This document shows positions 1-7,758 of a stretch of DNA of 30,507 nt, one piece after another. The position numbers and the translations under genes are program-made. Origin of the DNA: a virus (Duplodnaviria > Caudoviricetes); the IMG/VR virus record IMGVR_UViG_3300003969_000002, positions 1-30,507 of that record. The stretch is one strand, 5' to 3'. Within the stretch, counting starts at the first letter, position 1, and every line of letters begins with the position of its first letter. The notes under the pieces were generated by a model. It was not told where the DNA came from. It saw nothing but the letters and a program-made list of their open reading frames with translations, and ran no database searches.

Positions 1-634
1 GCGGAATCTCGCGGTTCTCTTTGGGGCTCAGGCCCTTGAGCCACGCGTTGCGCGCGTGGGCAATGAACACGGTGCAACCGGCATCGGCCACGGTGCCCAC
101 AAAGTCGCGCACAAAACCATAGCTTTCTTCCTTGTCGATCCCGATGCGGTGCTTCACCGTCACCGGCACATCCACCGCATCCACCATGGCCTTCACGCAG
201 TCCGCCACCAGCGAAGCTTCGTTCATCAGGCAGGCGCCAAACGCACCGCGCTGTACCCGCTCGGACGGGCAGCCGCAGTTGATGTTGATCTCGTCATAGC
301 CCCACTCTTGCCCCAAGCAGGCTGCACGCGCCAGATCGGCAGGCTCACTCCCGCCCAGCTGCAAGGCCACGGGATGCTCTTCGGCGTTAAAGCGCAAATG
401 GCGCGGCACATCACCATGGATGAGCGCCCCCGTGGTCACCATCTCGGTGTACAGCAGTGCCTGGCGCGAGAGCAAGCGGTGGAAATAGCGGCAGTGGCGG
501 TCCGTCCAATCCATCATCGGCGCCACACTTAATTTCCAGTCACTCGGAGAAGTCGTTTTCCCAATGGTGGACGGGGTTGCGGCGTCTGTCTGATTCACGC
601 TGATTTGGTCGCTTTTTGGCTCATTTAGGGCCAT
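1..634 (-). CDS. dusA: tRNA-dihydrouridine synthase DusA, 5' part (runs off the left edge)
   Basis: Not in the ORF track because no stop lies in the window. Manual translation gives ...[21 protein letters not shown]...LYTEMV...QLGGSEP...[23 protein letters not shown]...[10 protein letters not shown]...[19 protein letters not shown], all DusA motifs. In-frame ATG at 634; GTG at 598 is an alternative start. Confidence 0.95.
   Translation of the reverse strand, partial: MALNEPKSDQISVNQTDAATPSTIGKTTSPSDWKLSVAPMMDWTDRHCRYFHRLLSRQALLYTEMVTTGALIHGDVPRHLRFNAEEHPVALQLGGSEPADLARAACLGQEWGYDEININCGCPSERVQRGAFGACLMNEASLVADCVKAMVDAVDVPVTVKHRIGIDKEESYGFVRDFVGTVADAGCTVFIAHARNAWLKGLSPKENREIP
500..535. other. 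Approximate prophage attachment junction inside the 5' end of dusA
   Basis: dusA-associated integrases recombine near the APMxDWTD-coding segment. DusA-like sequence ends just upstream of SVAPMM. The partner att is outside the window, so the exact core cannot be defined. Confidence 0.55.
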
Positions 635-635
635 G

Positions 636-676
636 GGTGTAACATTCGGTGCAACAAAATTATCAATGTTGCACCG
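636..676. promoter_or_regulatory. Repeat array between divergent dusA and int (putative integrase arm sites or operator)
   Basis: GGTGTAACA 636-644, GGTGCAACA 648-656 and inverted TGTTGCACC 667-675. Perfect 10-bp inverted repeat CGGTGCAACA-N10-TGTTGCACCG at 647-676. Confidence 0.6.
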
Positions 677-678
677 CC

Positions 679-1773
679 ATGGGTACCATTCTCTCACGCA
701 AGCGCAAAGACGGCTCTGTGGGCTACACGGCTGTCATCCGGATCAAGCGTGACGGCAAGCTGGTGCATTCCGAGACGGAGACGTTTGAGCGCAAGCAAGC
801 TGCAGACGCCTGGCTGAAAAAACGGGAGACCGAACTGGCCCAGCCAGGCGCGCTATCCAAACCCAAAGACCCGCTGCTTAAAGACGTGATCGATGAGTAC
901 TTGCTGGACAAGACCAAGTCACACGGCAAAACCAAAGACCAGGTGCTGGCCACGATCAAGAAGTCTGCCTTTGGCAGCCTGAGCTGCTCCGAGGTCACCA
1001 GCCAGGAGATCGTCAGCTACATCAAGTCGATCGGGGCCCAGCCCGCCACCCGTGGCAATTACCTTGCTCACCTTGCAGCCGTGGTGTCCATCGCCAAGCC
1101 GGCCTACGGTTATCCGCTGGAGAAGCAAGCACTGGACGACGCTCGCGTGGTGCTGGACAAGATGGGCATCATTGGCAGATCAAAGCAACGCACCAGGCGC
1201 CCCACCATGGACGAAATGGAGCGGTTGATGGCCTACTTTGACCAGCTGCTGAAACGGCGCCCCTCATCGATACCCATGGTGCGGGTAACTTTGTTTGCCC
1301 TGTTTTCCACGCGCCGGCAGGAGGAGATCACCCGGATTACGTGGGAGGATTTGCTCCTTGAGCACGCCGAGGTGGTTGTGCGGGACATGAAGAATCCCGG
1401 CGAGAAGATCGGCAACGACGTGCGCACCACCCTACCGCCCGAGGCTCTGCAGCTCATTGAAGCGCAGGGCAAGGCCACTGGCAGCAAGACCGGGACGATC
1501 TGGCCATACAACTCGGAGTCGATCAGCACAGCGTTCACCAGGGCGTGCAAGTTCCTGGGCATCAAGGATCTGCATTTTCATGACATGCGGCATGAAGGGA
1601 TCAGTCGCCTGTTTGAAATGGAATGGAGCATCCCCCGCGTGGCCACGGTGTCCGGCCACCGGTCGTGGCAGAGCCTGCAGCGATACACCCAATACAAAGC
1701 TGCCGGCGACAAATACAAGGACTGGAAGTGGTTGGTCAAGGCTCTGGAGGTGGAGCCGTGCGAGAAGAATTAA
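679..1773 (+). CDS. int: Tyrosine recombinase/integrase, dusA-associated integrase family
   Basis: Catalytic motifs FSTRRQEEI (R), DMKNP (K), HFHDMRHEG (HxxR) and [12 protein letters not shown] (H, Y). Divergent from dusA. ATG 679 ([13 protein letters not shown]) is preferred over GTG 649. Confidence 0.93.
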   Translation: MGTILSRKRKDGSVGYTAVIRIKRDGKLVHSETETFERKQAADAWLKKRETELAQPGALSKPKDPLLKDVIDEYLLDKTKSHGKTKDQVLATIKKSAFGSLSCSEVTSQEIVSYIKSIGAQPATRGNYLAHLAAVVSIAKPAYGYPLEKQALDDARVVLDKMGIIGRSKQRTRRPTMDEMERLMAYFDQLLKRRPSSIPMVRVTLFALFSTRRQEEITRITWEDLLLEHAEVVVRDMKNPGEKIGNDVRTTLPPEALQLIEAQGKATGSKTGTIWPYNSESISTAFTRACKFLGIKDLHFHDMRHEGISRLFEMEWSIPRVATVSGHRSWQSLQRYTQYKAAGDKYKDWKWLVKALEVEPCEKN

Positions 1774-1973
1774 CCTACCGCTGGCGCATTCAATGGGCGG
1801 GCAAGTGGACCACCACGAAGTACCACTGCACTGAGGATCAGATCCGCAGGGAGCACCCTGAAGCAATCTGCCTGGTCGAGTCCAAACGCGTGGACATGGT
1901 GCCCGAGACAGATGCCGAGATCCGCGAACTGCAGCGGGCCAGCTCCACCAGCGGTTTTCAGCGCCCCAAATAA
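1758..1973 (+). CDS. Small hypothetical protein (71 aa) overlapping the end of int
   Basis: GTG 1758 preceded by GGAGGTGGAG; [17 protein letters not shown]...GFQRPK; ends at the terminator. It is the 3' part of track ORF 1623..1973. Confidence 0.6.
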   Translation: MREELTYRWRIQWAGKWTTTKYHCTEDQIRREHPEAICLVESKRVDMVPETDAEIRELQRASSTSGFQRPK

Positions 1974-2023
1974 AAAAAGCCCGCCGAGCCGCGCATCGTT
2001 GGATGGCGGCCCGGCGGGCTTTT
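1972..2023. terminator. Bidirectional intrinsic terminator between convergent units
   Basis: AAAAAAAGCCCGCCG...CGGCGGGCTTTT: long GC stem with A and T tracts on either side. Confidence 0.85.
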
Positions 2024-2037
2024 GAGAGGGTCACAAA

Positions 2038-2277
2038 TCAGGCAGGTGTGAAGTCCACATAGAACTTGTCGCCTACATTGAACTGACCGACAAGCGCTGG
2101 ATTGTTGATCGTCATTGTGAGGTCTGCAGAGGGTGTGTACATGGCGAAGGTGTTGTCTTCGTCAGCCCCACCTTCAGGGTAAGCACCGTCCTTGTAAACA
2201 GCGGCCAGCGTCAAACGCTCGCCTGTTTCGCCCTTTTGGACGTTGGTTACTTTCAGTTTTGCGCGCATTTTTGGCAT
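2038..2277 (-). CDS. Small phage hypothetical protein (79 aa)
   Basis: MRAKLKV...EDNTFAMYTPSADLTMTINNPAL...FYVDFTPA resembles a recurring small beta-rich phage protein; clean ORF ending at the terminator. Confidence 0.8.
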   Translation of the reverse strand: MPKMRAKLKVTNVQKGETGERLTLAAVYKDGAYPEGGADEDNTFAMYTPSADLTMTINNPALVGQFNVGDKFYVDFTPA

Positions 2278-2337
2278 AGGGATCTTTCAATACGTGTTTC
2301 AGCTGCTTGATCGCGATGAGCTGAAAAAACCGGAAAC

Positions 2338-3123
2338 TCAAAACAACCCCATGGGCTCCGCGTCCACGTCCCAGCTGCTGATGATCAGCTCCATGCGATC
2401 AACACCCTGCCCGCCTCCCACCGTGTACTTGATGGGCAGCGCCTCAATGTGGAAGCCCTCAAAGCAGCGCCGGATGTCTGGGTGGTCGTTGATGCTGAGC
2501 ATGGCCTTGCCCTTGATCTCGCGCATGAGCTTGGCCATGGCTTCGTATTCCTCCCATGGGAACGGCACGCCGTAGCCTTCCGTCTCCCAATAGGGCGGGT
2601 CCATGTAGAAAAAGGTGTGCGGCCGGTCGTACCGACGTATGCACTCTTTCCAGTCCAAGCGCTCGATGTACACGCCCTGCAGGCGCAACCAGGCGGTGCT
2701 CAGGTCCTGCTCGATGCGCATCATGTTGGGTGCTGGCGCCGTGGTGGCCGTACCCCAGCTCTGCCCCTGTACGCGGCCACCAAAGGCTTGGTGCTGCAGG
2801 TAGTAGAACCGGGCGGCCCGCTGGATATCGGTCAGCGTCTCACTGGGTGTGATCTGCGTCCACTTGAAGATCTCGCGACTGCTGAGCGCCCACTTGAACT
2901 GGCGCACGAACTCCTCCAAGTGGTTCTGCACCACCCGGTAGAGCGTGACCACGTCGCCGTTGATATCGTTGATGACTTCCACCTCTGCAGGTTGCCGAAG
3001 GAAGTAAAGGGCAGCACCGCCGGCAAAAACCTCCACGTAGCAGGTGTGCTGCGGAAAGCGGGGCAGGATGGTGTCGGCCAGACGGCGTTTGCCGCCCAGC
3101 CAGGGGATGATGGGAGATGCCAT
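2338..3123 (-). CDS. DNA N6-adenine methyltransferase (Dam/D12 class), orphan
   Basis: PWLGGK, motif I YVEVFAGGAA, VINDIN and catalytic DPPY; no cognate restriction enzyme nearby. Confidence 0.93.
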   Translation of the reverse strand: MASPIIPWLGGKRRLADTILPRFPQHTCYVEVFAGGAALYFLRQPAEVEVINDINGDVVTLYRVVQNHLEEFVRQFKWALSSREIFKWTQITPSETLTDIQRAARFYYLQHQAFGGRVQGQSWGTATTAPAPNMMRIEQDLSTAWLRLQGVYIERLDWKECIRRYDRPHTFFYMDPPYWETEGYGVPFPWEEYEAMAKLMREIKGKAMLSINDHPDIRRCFEGFHIEALPIKYTVGGGQGVDRMELIISSWDVDAEPMGLF

Positions 3124-3158
3124 GGTGAGGGCCTTTGGGTTGTGGTTAAACTTGGCCC

Positions 3159-3261
3159 GCCTCCCGGGAGGTGGCAGGGCCTTGGCTGGCTCACGGCGCT
3201 ATCGTGGATCGGCGGCTGGTCGGGGGTGTTAGTAGCACCACCGGTCGGTCGCCCTGTCTTT
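3159..3261 (+). ncRNA. Putative structured antisense RNA (three-way junction) in the methyltransferase leader
   Basis: P1 3173-3180/3251-3258, P2 3185-3213 and P3 3214-3250, with many G-U pairs that form only on the + strand. -10-like TAAACT at 3147-3152; short T run after P1. Confidence 0.6.
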
Positions 3262-3280
3262 ACACCAGGTGCAAAGACAG
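3254..3280 (-). promoter_or_regulatory. 27-bp near-perfect palindrome just downstream of the spanin stop
   Basis: CTGTCTTTACACC-A-GGTGCAAAGACAG; the single mismatch becomes a G-U pair on the minus strand. Confidence 0.55.
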
Positions 3281-3285
3281 ACTGG

Positions 3286-3822
3286 TCAGGGCTGCAGCTC
3301 CCTTACTTGGAGGGTGTCGGCTCTGCAGCTGGCGTAGGCGGTGTTGATGGCATCAGCTTCACTGGCCAGGCGCTGAAGTAGTCCAGTAAGCTCTGCTGAA
3401 AGTAACCCACCGGCTTCGGCTCCGTCTCCTGGACGATCTGGGGCGGGGGTGGCAGCTTCACCTTGGGCGCCACTACCACTGCCCCCACATCCTTGTGCGT
3501 TGGGGTCCCGCAGCCGGCCAGCAGGGCCAGCGAGCTGGCGCACACGGCCAGACAGAGCAGCAATCGTGTTTTGTGCTTGAGCATCTTTGTTGTCCTGGTT
3601 GAGTTTGAAGGTGCGCAGCGACTCCTCGGCTGCGCGGGTTTTAGCGATCTCGGTGGCCAGCACTTCGCTGGCTTCGCGCTTCTGAGCTTCCAGTGCGGCA
3701 GTGGCTTCAGCCTTGGCGCGGTCGTAGCCCCGCTGGTCGATGGCTTTGACACCGAAAAACAGACAGGCCAGCATGGCTATGAGTAGCGCCAGCACTACAC
3801 CGACTTTGACTAGCGGGCTCAT
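3286..3822 (-). CDS. Rz-like i-spanin
   Basis: One N-terminal TM segment, Ala/Glu/Lys-rich coiled coil, C-terminal Cys; directly follows the endolysin. Confidence 0.85.
   Translation of the reverse strand: MSPLVKVGVVLALLIAMLACLFFGVKAIDQRGYDRAKAEATAALEAQKREASEVLATEIAKTRAAEESLRTFKLNQDNKDAQAQNTIAALSGRVRQLAGPAGRLRDPNAQGCGGSGSGAQGEAATPAPDRPGDGAEAGGLLSAELTGLLQRLASEADAINTAYASCRADTLQVRELQP
3303..3584 (-). CDS. Rz1-like o-spanin lipoprotein embedded in the i-spanin gene
   Basis: ATG 3584 gives MLKHKTRLLLCLAVCASSLALLAGC (lipobox LAGC) and a Pro-rich mature part, in a different frame fully inside the Rz-like gene. Confidence 0.8.
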   Translation of the reverse strand: MLKHKTRLLLCLAVCASSLALLAGCGTPTHKDVGAVVVAPKVKLPPPPQIVQETEPKPVGYFQQSLLDYFSAWPVKLMPSTPPTPAAEPTPSK

Positions 3823-4433
3823 GCGATCGCCTCCCCTGCCAGCTCGGTCAAGTACTCCCGATCGGCAAGGCCGATCAAGCCGCCGTTCACTCGCTTGGTG
3901 ACTTTTTCAGGGTCGCCAAGCATGCTGTCGGGGATACGGTCTTCCCACCACAGGATGCAGGCCTCCAGTGCGAAACGGGGCTGCTCCAGCAGCTCAGGCA
4001 TGACGGTGAGGTCTTGCCCCATCAGATCGCCCACAAAGGCATAGTTGGCACGCCCTGTGATCTGGATCGGGGCGCGGCCTCGGAACCGCCAGCCGTCGCC
4101 CGGCTCCACGTTACCCATGCGGCCACCGTAGACCTTGTTGGCCAAGGCCTCAGGGTTGCGGGCGTAGGGCCGTGCATCGGCCAAAGTGGGGAAACGCGAG
4201 GACCAGACTTGGCACAAGCGCTCAGGGCTGTAGTTCAGGTTTTCACAAAACTGGCTAAGGCCATGGCTCTCATGCAGGATCTGGCCAAGGAAGTCATCAA
4301 GCTCGGCATCGCCCTGGCTAAAGCTGTCAGCTTTGATGACATCGGCAAAGACAACGGACCAGACAGCCGCGATCGTAGGCTTCACTTTGCAACGGATCAG
4401 GATCTGATTCCACTCTTGAGGTGTTCGATTCAT
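3819..4433 (-). CDS. Endolysin, glycoside hydrolase family 19
   Basis: FLGQILHES, ENLNYS, GDGWRFRGRAPIQITGRANY and VTKRVNGG motifs; ATG at 4433. Confidence 0.92.
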   Translation of the reverse strand: MNRTPQEWNQILIRCKVKPTIAAVWSVVFADVIKADSFSQGDAELDDFLGQILHESHGLSQFCENLNYSPERLCQVWSSRFPTLADARPYARNPEALANKVYGGRMGNVEPGDGWRFRGRAPIQITGRANYAFVGDLMGQDLTVMPELLEQPRFALEACILWWEDRIPDSMLGDPEKVTKRVNGGLIGLADREYLTELAGEAIA

Positions 4434-4435
4434 GG

Positions 4436-4756
4436 TCAACCTTCTTTCACTCGGGTGCGAACAATGAGGACTGCAAAGCCCAGCAGGACTGCCGTTTCAG
4501 CCAGTGATGGCTGGGTGTGGGACCACCAGCGCGCTGGCGTTTCTTGCAGACCCAGGGGATGCAGGAATGGACCAATGAGCCCGCCACCTGCGCCCATGGC
4601 AAGCAGCAGCCAAGCCAGCGCCTTGAGGCCGTCCACCAGGCGCTTGCGGGGGGTAAGGCCGGGGGCAAATGGAGCGGTACGCTCCAGCTTGTTCAAAGCC
4701 TCGGCCATAACCACAAAGGCCGCCAGCCAGTGCAGGATGAGCATCGCCGCGCTCAT
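4436..4756 (-). CDS. Holin/antiholin-like membrane protein (about 3 TM)
   Basis: ATG 4756 overlaps the upstream stop (ATGA); three hydrophobic stretches and a basic C-terminus; adjacent to the endolysin. Confidence 0.7.
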   Translation of the reverse strand: MSAAMLILHWLAAFVVMAEALNKLERTAPFAPGLTPRKRLVDGLKALAWLLLAMGAGGGLIGPFLHPLGLQETPARWWSHTQPSLAETAVLLGFAVLIVRTRVKEG

Positions 4757-5157
4757 GGCTGGCCCCCTTGCTGAGCCGCGCTGGGTGCCAGCCGGCGTAT
4801 GACAAAGTTGAGCACCTGCTGCGCACCACCACCCACTGCACAAGCGACACTGAGCAGTAGCGCATCGGGCACGTTGGCCAGCAGCAGCATGATGGGCGTG
4901 AGGTAGCCCGCCGTTAGGGCACTGGCCACGGCAAACATCATTCGGCGCAAGGTGGTGCGCACCAGGTTGGGCCAGGTGTCGGTACTACCGGGCACCGTGT
5001 TGAGCAGGATGATGCCGATCAGCGCGCCCAGCAGGCCCGCAATGAGCACGTCGGTACGCAATCCAAGGCTGACGCCAAAGATAGTGACCATGGGAATGCT
5101 GGTACTGACGGCGGCAAGCGTGGCTGCAGCTACTGTGGACGATGTGGGTTCGGGCAT
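4753..5157 (-). CDS. Putative holin
   Basis: MPEPTSS N-terminus, several TM segments, first gene of the lysis cassette, GAGG RBS. Confidence 0.75.
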   Translation of the reverse strand: MPEPTSSTVAAATLAAVSTSIPMVTIFGVSLGLRTDVLIAGLLGALIGIILLNTVPGSTDTWPNLVRTTLRRMMFAVASALTAGYLTPIMLLLANVPDALLLSVACAVGGGAQQVLNFVIRRLAPSAAQQGGQP

Positions 5158-5180
5158 GAGTTCCTCTGATTCATGGGCGT

Positions 5181-5206
5181 AAAAAAAGCCGCTCTAGGGC
5201 GGCTTT
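5181..5206 (-). terminator. Intrinsic terminator between tail-fibre and lysis genes
   Basis: Minus strand reads GCCGCCCTAGAGCGGC followed by T7. Confidence 0.8.
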
Positions 5207-5225
5207 CGTGGAGTGGTGCGTGCGA

Positions 5226-5615
5226 TCAGGCCTTGGGGTACCGGGCCTTGATGGCTTCTATCGAGGCCAGCCACTCTTCCTTTGTGGCCTCGCCACGCTG
5301 GTACTTGAAGAAAAGCGGATCGGCTTCTTCACGGTAGGCCGTCGCACGAAGCGCGTCCGCGATCGTGTTTTGTTCGTCCACGGTCAAAGGAGTTGGTTTG
5401 GTCAGGACCAACATCTCCTCTTGCGTAATCTCAACCACCGTGGGATGCGTCAATGCGCGGGCAACGTCAACCGGATCAATGTTGGGATAGACAATCTCAC
5501 CCTCCTTTTCACCTGGCACTGCCTGGGCTTGACGGATGCGTTCCACCTCGGCATTGAGCTGGCCTACCTCTATGGTGAAAACTGCACCATTGGCGTCTTT
5601 GAAATGTCGAAACAT
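5226..5615 (-). CDS. Tail fibre assembly chaperone-like protein
   Basis: Follows the fibre gene; C-terminus R..AY..EADPLFF...W...IEAIKARYPK resembles fibre chaperones. Confidence 0.7.
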   Translation of the reverse strand: MFRHFKDANGAVFTIEVGQLNAEVERIRQAQAVPGEKEGEIVYPNIDPVDVARALTHPTVVEITQEEMLVLTKPTPLTVDEQNTIADALRATAYREEADPLFFKYQRGEATKEEWLASIEAIKARYPKA

Positions 5616-5628
5616 GATTGCTATCTCC

Positions 5629-7152
5629 TTATAGGGTCATTTCTGCCCAAGTGGTAGCGCCTGCGACTTGATAAGTCGCGCCCACTGGAACGATCGTGAA
5701 AGATGCAACTCGGCCAGACACACCGGAGCCAGACTGTCCGAGTTGGAAAGATGGAAGGGCCAATCCACCGATGGTGAAGGTGACGCCAAAAACAGAGGCA
5801 GTGATATCAGAGGTAGCGCACAGCAGCGCGATGGGGCGGCCTGTGAGGTTTACATGATTGGTGCCGTTAAACCGGTTAGTGCCGACTGTGAACGACTGCC
5901 ATGTTTGACGGTAGCCCAGACCAACCATTCCAACAAGGTTTGCGCCACCAAAAGGCTGCACCAACGATGCCGCTGTAACGTAGGTACCAGCGGTTGCTTG
6001 TGTACTAACCACGATGCCAACGATGCGGTACGGTACGTTGGCGCGCGCCACTGCAGAGTAGATTCCAAAGCCTGCAGCACCGTTCATTGCTGTGCTAGCT
6101 ACCACCACATAGCAGTTGGTGTTGTATGTTCCAGCGCCTCCCGTACCAGTGCCAAGCGATGTAATGCGAGTACCAGCCGGTACTCCAGCACCAGTAATGG
6201 CCTGGCCTACTGCCAGAGTGCCAGAAGACACAGCGGTGACGGTCATCACGCCGGTGGTCGCGATGGACGCTGTGAAAGCTGATGTTTCGGTGATGGCTCT
6301 GGTACTGATCACACCTTGTTCATCCAGAATTTGAGCTGCACGCTCACCCATCACAGCTGTCTCCACACCACCGCCGAGGCTGGTTGCATCAATTACCAGC
6401 TGATACAGCAGGTTGGCCACACCGTTGATGGAACCGAGCGCAGCCCCTTGCGGGATCGTCAAGCTGTTAGTGCCGGACAGCTTTCGAGTAATGACACCGC
6501 CTGTAGCCAGGCTTGGACTACGGAAGTCGAATGAGCCTGCATTGGTAATCAGGGTCATCGCGTTAGCAGCCAGTGTTGGCGTTGCGATAGACATCAGTTG
6601 CGGAGCGCTGGCGCTGGCAGCTTGCGAAGTGGTAACCCACTTATTGGCTGAGTCACCCATCACAGAGCGGAAGTCGTTCTGCGAGGACAGGGTGAAGCTG
6701 GTACCACCACCAACAAAAGTATCTGCACCAGCACGGCTTACGGTCACAGCGTTGGCCGTCACTGAGTCAATGCGGACAAACTCAAACAACAGCGGCACTG
6801 CTGTGATGGCATTGACCGCAGGCAAAGTAATGGCCACAGGATTTGCAGTGGCGTCAATCAGAACTAGGCCAGTGTCATCCACCGTCAGTACGGTGGGCCC
6901 AGCCTCAGTGATCACTCGGACATTACCTCCGTAAAGGCGCTTGATCCCTTTTATCACCTGATTGCGAACTGCTTCTGAGCCAACTTGGCCAGAGCCCTCA
7001 ATGATGGCCATCATCTCTTCTTGGAAGTTGTTACACCAAGCGGCATCGAAATCGGTCGGCAAGATGCCGGAAGCTAGGTTGCCATCCTTGAAGCCGTGCT
7101 TGCCTGGACCAAAAAGGTCCAGGGCTTTTGTTGAAGTACTGATGCGGTCCAT
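5629..7152 (-). CDS. Tail fibre protein
   Basis: Mu/SfV-like anchor ([14 protein letters not shown]...[10 protein letters not shown]), Gly/Thr/Ala-rich body, C-terminal GYRQTWQ...TGRPI...IVPVGATY tip. Confidence 0.88.
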   Translation of the reverse strand: MDRISTSTKALDLFGPGKHGFKDGNLASGILPTDFDAAWCNNFQEEMMAIIEGSGQVGSEAVRNQVIKGIKRLYGGNVRVITEAGPTVLTVDDTGLVLIDATANPVAITLPAVNAITAVPLLFEFVRIDSVTANAVTVSRAGADTFVGGGTSFTLSSQNDFRSVMGDSANKWVTTSQAASASAPQLMSIATPTLAANAMTLITNAGSFDFRSPSLATGGVITRKLSGTNSLTIPQGAALGSINGVANLLYQLVIDATSLGGGVETAVMGERAAQILDEQGVISTRAITETSAFTASIATTGVMTVTAVSSGTLAVGQAITGAGVPAGTRITSLGTGTGGAGTYNTNCYVVVASTAMNGAAGFGIYSAVARANVPYRIVGIVVSTQATAGTYVTAASLVQPFGGANLVGMVGLGYRQTWQSFTVGTNRFNGTNHVNLTGRPIALLCATSDITASVFGVTFTIGGLALPSFQLGQSGSGVSGRVASFTIVPVGATYQVAGATTWAEMTL

Positions 7153-7164
7153 TCCTGGAACTCC

Positions 7165-7758
7165 TTATGGGACGTAGGTAAACAAAACTTGGGTGTGAGC
7201 CGGTTTGCGCTCCTTGATGGGGCACTCAGCCAGCGAGGGCGTGTAGACCTGCAGCGCACTGTTGCAGTTGTCGTTGCAGTTCATGGGACGCAGGTTGGCT
7301 GGCGCGTGAGGGAAATTCACACGCCAAAAGAAGCGGTCACCGGCACTGCCCAGGGCACTGTTACAGTTGTCGTTGCAGTTCATGGGCCGGAACTCGCTGA
7401 CGGTGACGCCGGGCTCGCCAAGGGTTGCCGCCATTGCGATGTAGTAAGCCGCGGACTGCCCGCCCAGCTCAGTGAGTCGTTGCGCGGCCAGCAGGCGGCG
7501 CTCCGGAATCGTCAACTCGGCAAACCTGTTGCAATCGTCGGGCAGGCCCAGCACGCGCTCCCAGTCTGGCAAAAGCTCGGTGGCGGTACGTGGATCGGCT
7601 TCCTCCAGCAGATCATTGATGCGACCGTCAACACGCGCAGCCTCTTGAGCCAGACCAGTCAGCAGCCGGGTAAGTGGAGAGTCCTCACGCGGCCAAGCAG
7701 GACCAGACGGGAGCAAGGCCTGCAGCTGCAGCAGGTAGTCATCAGCGGTCAAAGCCAT
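7165..7758 (-). CDS. Baseplate wedge protein, Mu gp48/YmfQ (DUF2313)-like
   Basis: LQALLPSGPAW, ELLPDWERVLGLPD and KPAHT motifs; follows baseplate J. Confidence 0.9.
   Translation of the reverse strand: MALTADDYLLQLQALLPSGPAWPREDSPLTRLLTGLAQEAARVDGRINDLLEEADPRTATELLPDWERVLGLPDDCNRFAELTIPERRLLAAQRLTELGGQSAAYYIAMAATLGEPGVTVSEFRPMNCNDNCNSALGSAGDRFFWRVNFPHAPANLRPMNCNDNCNSALQVYTPSLAECPIKERKPAHTQVLFTYVP
7256..7386. repeat. 32-bp direct repeat (31/32 identical) encoding PMNCNDNCNSA twice
   Basis: Copies at 7256-7287 and 7355-7386, offset by 99 bp. Confidence 0.9.

Noticed and set aside
56-532. 158-aa + strand ORF
   Set aside because: Antisense shadow of dusA, which carries the real motifs on the minus strand.
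3124-3285. Com-like zinc-finger translational activator upstream of the methyltransferase
   Set aside because: No CxxC-containing small ORF found; the interval is filled by RNA-like structure.
4742-4756. Lambda S-type dual-start motif (MSAAM)
   Set aside because: No charged residue between the two Met codons; insufficient support.
5226-7152. Invertible tail-fibre cassette or shufflon
   Set aside because: No invertase, no inverted alternative fibre ends and no flanking inverted sites seen.
7256-7386. Possible DGR template/variable repeat pair
   Set aside because: Only 32 bp, both copies in frame in one gene, the single difference is a synonymous C/T, and no reverse transcriptase is in the window.
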